From: Candidatus Saccharimonadota bacterium
Lineage (GTDB): Bacteria; Patescibacteriota; Saccharimonadia; Saccharimonadales; Saccharimonadaceae
Direction of reading: 5' to 3'
Length of the DNA: 62,813 bases
Assembly: GCA_009787015.1 (NCBI GenBank)
Contig: WRGU01000051.1
Coordinates: 1-62,813, forward strand
The notes under the pieces were generated by a model. It had not been told where the DNA came from. It ran no database searches and saw nothing but the letters and a program-made list of their open reading frames with translations. The position numbers and the translations under genes were made by a program. Of the stretch, positions 61,524 through 62,813 are shown piece by piece (the first letter of the stretch is position 1; every line of letters begins with the position of its first letter).

Positions 61524-61542
61524 ATTGCAAATAATTTGCAAT
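61524..61542. promoter_or_regulatory. Perfect 9-1-9 palindromic operator (probable Fur box) overlapping the fur transcription start region
   Basis: ATTGCAAAT-A-ATTTGCAAT immediately after the -10 TATACT (61517..61522); -35 TTGTCA (61494..61499). Confidence 0.6.
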
Positions 61543-61555
61543 AAGGAGCAGAAAG

Positions 61556-61987
61556 ATGCAAGATTTAGATGAGATTTTCCTGAAAAATATGCGAAAAGCA
61601 GGTTTAAGGGTGACCGAGAATCGGCGGGCGATTTTTCGGGTTTTGAATCAGGTCAATGAACCGCTGTCGATTCAAAAAATCGCGAGTTTAATCGCCGACG
61701 AAGCGCATTTTACGAGTATTTATCGTTCGGTCGACGCGATGACGCGTGCGGGGATTTTGCGGGTGGTGTCGCGCGGGTTCAAAAATCTGTATGAACTAGG
61801 TGAGATTTTTCGTCCGCATCATCACCATGCGACCTGCAAAAAATGCGGTGCGACGGTGCAGATTAACGACGAACGACTGGAAAAGATCATGAGCCTCTTG
61901 GCGCGCCAAGCCGGATTTCAAGCGATCGAGCACCATTTTGAAATCATCGGGATTTGTCAAAAATGCCAGGGAGATGTGGTAAAATAG
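61556..61987 (+). CDS. fur: Fur-family metalloregulator
   Basis: Winged-helix N-terminus (GLRVTENRRAIFRVL), HHHHATCKKCG .. CQKC metal sites. Confidence 0.8.
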   Translation: MQDLDEIFLKNMRKAGLRVTENRRAIFRVLNQVNEPLSIQKIASLIADEAHFTSIYRSVDAMTRAGILRVVSRGFKNLYELGEIFRPHHHHATCKKCGATVQINDERLEKIMSLLARQAGFQAIEHHFEIIGICQKCQGDVVK

Positions 61988-61993
61988 AATAAT

Positions 61994-62813
61994 ATGGTAC
62001 AGCAAAGTCAAAATATCCACTGGGCGGATCAGGTCGCGGAGAAGATTATTGCGCGCAATCCAGATAAGGAAGAATACGTGTGCGCGGCGGGGATTACTCC
62101 GTCGGGTTCGGTTCATTTTGGTAATTTTCGCGAAATTGCCACGAGTTATTTTGTGTGTCAGGCATTGCGCCACCGCGGCAAAAAGGCGCGTTTGTTGTTT
62201 TCGTGGGACGAATACGATCGTTTTCGCAAAATTCCGAAAAATCTGCCCGAGGATAAGATGGAGGAGATGGCGAAATATATCGGATTTCCGCTAACGGAAG
62301 TGCCGGATCCGTTTGAAACGCATGAATCTTACGCTCGGCATTTCGAAGCCGAACTCGAGGAATCGACGAAACTATTTCAAATCGAGGTTGATTGGAAATA
62401 TCAGGCGGCGCAGTATAAATCTGGAAAATATACGGATGGAATTATTAAAGCGCTCCAAAATCGTCACAAAATTTTCGATATTATCGAGGATTTTCGGTCG
62501 CAGGATTCCGAGGAAGGCGCGCGCGAAAATTATTTTCCGGTGTCGATTTATTGCGTCGATTGTCATCGCGATAATACGACCATCGTGGATTTTGATGAAG
62601 AAAAAATGATCGCGCGTTATGAATGCAAATGTGGATACGCGGGTGATTTCGATTTTCATAAAGATCATCATTGCAAATTAGCGTGGAAAATCGATTGGCC
62701 GATGCGTTGGCAGTATGAAGGTGTCGATTACGAACCCGCCGGCAAGGATCACGGTTCGGACGGCGGCAGCCGCAGTGTCGGCGAGCGCATTTCGCGCGAG
62801 ATTTTTGGATTCG
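61994..62813 (+). CDS. lysK: Class I lysyl-tRNA synthetase, 3'-partial (missing from the ORF track because it runs off the window)
   Basis: Hand translation from the ATG at 61994 gives no stop to nt 62813. ITPSGSVHFGNFREI (HIGH-like), FSWDEYDRFRKIP, CVDCHRD..CKCG zinc knuckle, PAGKDH. Confidence 0.8.
   Translation, partial: MVQQSQNIHWADQVAEKIIARNPDKEEYVCAAGITPSGSVHFGNFREIATSYFVCQALRHRGKKARLLFSWDEYDRFRKIPKNLPEDKMEEMAKYIGFPLTEVPDPFETHESYARHFEAELEESTKLFQIEVDWKYQAAQYKSGKYTDGIIKALQNRHKIFDIIEDFRSQDSEEGARENYFPVSIYCVDCHRDNTTIVDFDEEKMIARYECKCGYAGDFDFHKDHHCKLAWKIDWPMRWQYEGVDYEPAGKDHGSDGGSRSVGERISREIFGF

Noticed and set aside
62049-62671. Three short ORFs from the track at the 3' end of the window
   Set aside because: All overlap, out of frame or antisense, the open-ended class I LysRS reading frame, which has clear family motifs.
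1-62813. Alternative genetic code (UGA reassignment, as in some CPR lineages)
   Set aside because: TGA terminates several well-supported genes (rseP, kinase 52154, rnhA, murD), and both RF1 and RF2 are encoded. The standard bacterial code fits.

Overview
Gene-dense chromosomal segment with about 60 real CDS and 4 tRNAs. All calls come from reading the sequence and recognising motifs; no searches were run. It looks like a reduced-genome bacterium with a Gram-positive-type envelope, probably Candidate Phyla Radiation / Saccharibacteria-like. Supporting traits are a class I LysRS, three sortases, an LCP protein, FtsEX next to a coiled-coil CHAP hydrolase, four output-less response regulators, and the standard genetic code (RF1 and RF2 both present, TGA used as stop). 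Most of the window is housekeeping: rplU, parAB, lepB, rpmE2, rpsB-(nitroreductase, RidA)-tsf-frr, rseP, murD, xseAB, recO, xth, prfB, ftsEX, S41 protease, rpmA, prmC-prfA, gltX, glyQS, rnhA, proS, greA, fur and a 3'-partial lysK. I did not find a classical defence island, CRISPR array or prophage. The unexplained signal is mostly non-coding or architectural. (1) A family of 76-87-nt imperfect palindromes sits just after stop codons, and one copy is inserted in frame inside gltX, reminiscent of Rickettsia palindromic elements. (2) A second family of GTCAT-hairpin-ATC units (REP-like) keeps its stems through compensatory changes, and copies are embedded in frame in three CDS. (3) Four copies of a consensus promoter + hairpin + GU-rich tail module are candidate small RNAs; two have no downstream gene. 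(4) A stereotyped TGTGCTAyAAT promoter ends exactly 6 nt before the start codon of at least 17 genes, implying widespread leaderless mRNAs. This also explains the spurious MCYN.. N-termini in the ORF track. Gene-level oddities include a murD-coupled PP-loop ATPase (possibly MurL-like), a ureohydrolase translationally coupled to a small radical-SAM protein, a tandem methyltransferase paralog pair plus a decayed third copy, and an IS30 relic between ftsEX and its likely hydrolase partner. Others are a Pro-Pro leader sORF upstream of proS, a 29-aa sORF with a perfect promoter and SD between a kinase and a regulator, and a tRNA-Arg with anticodon GCG.
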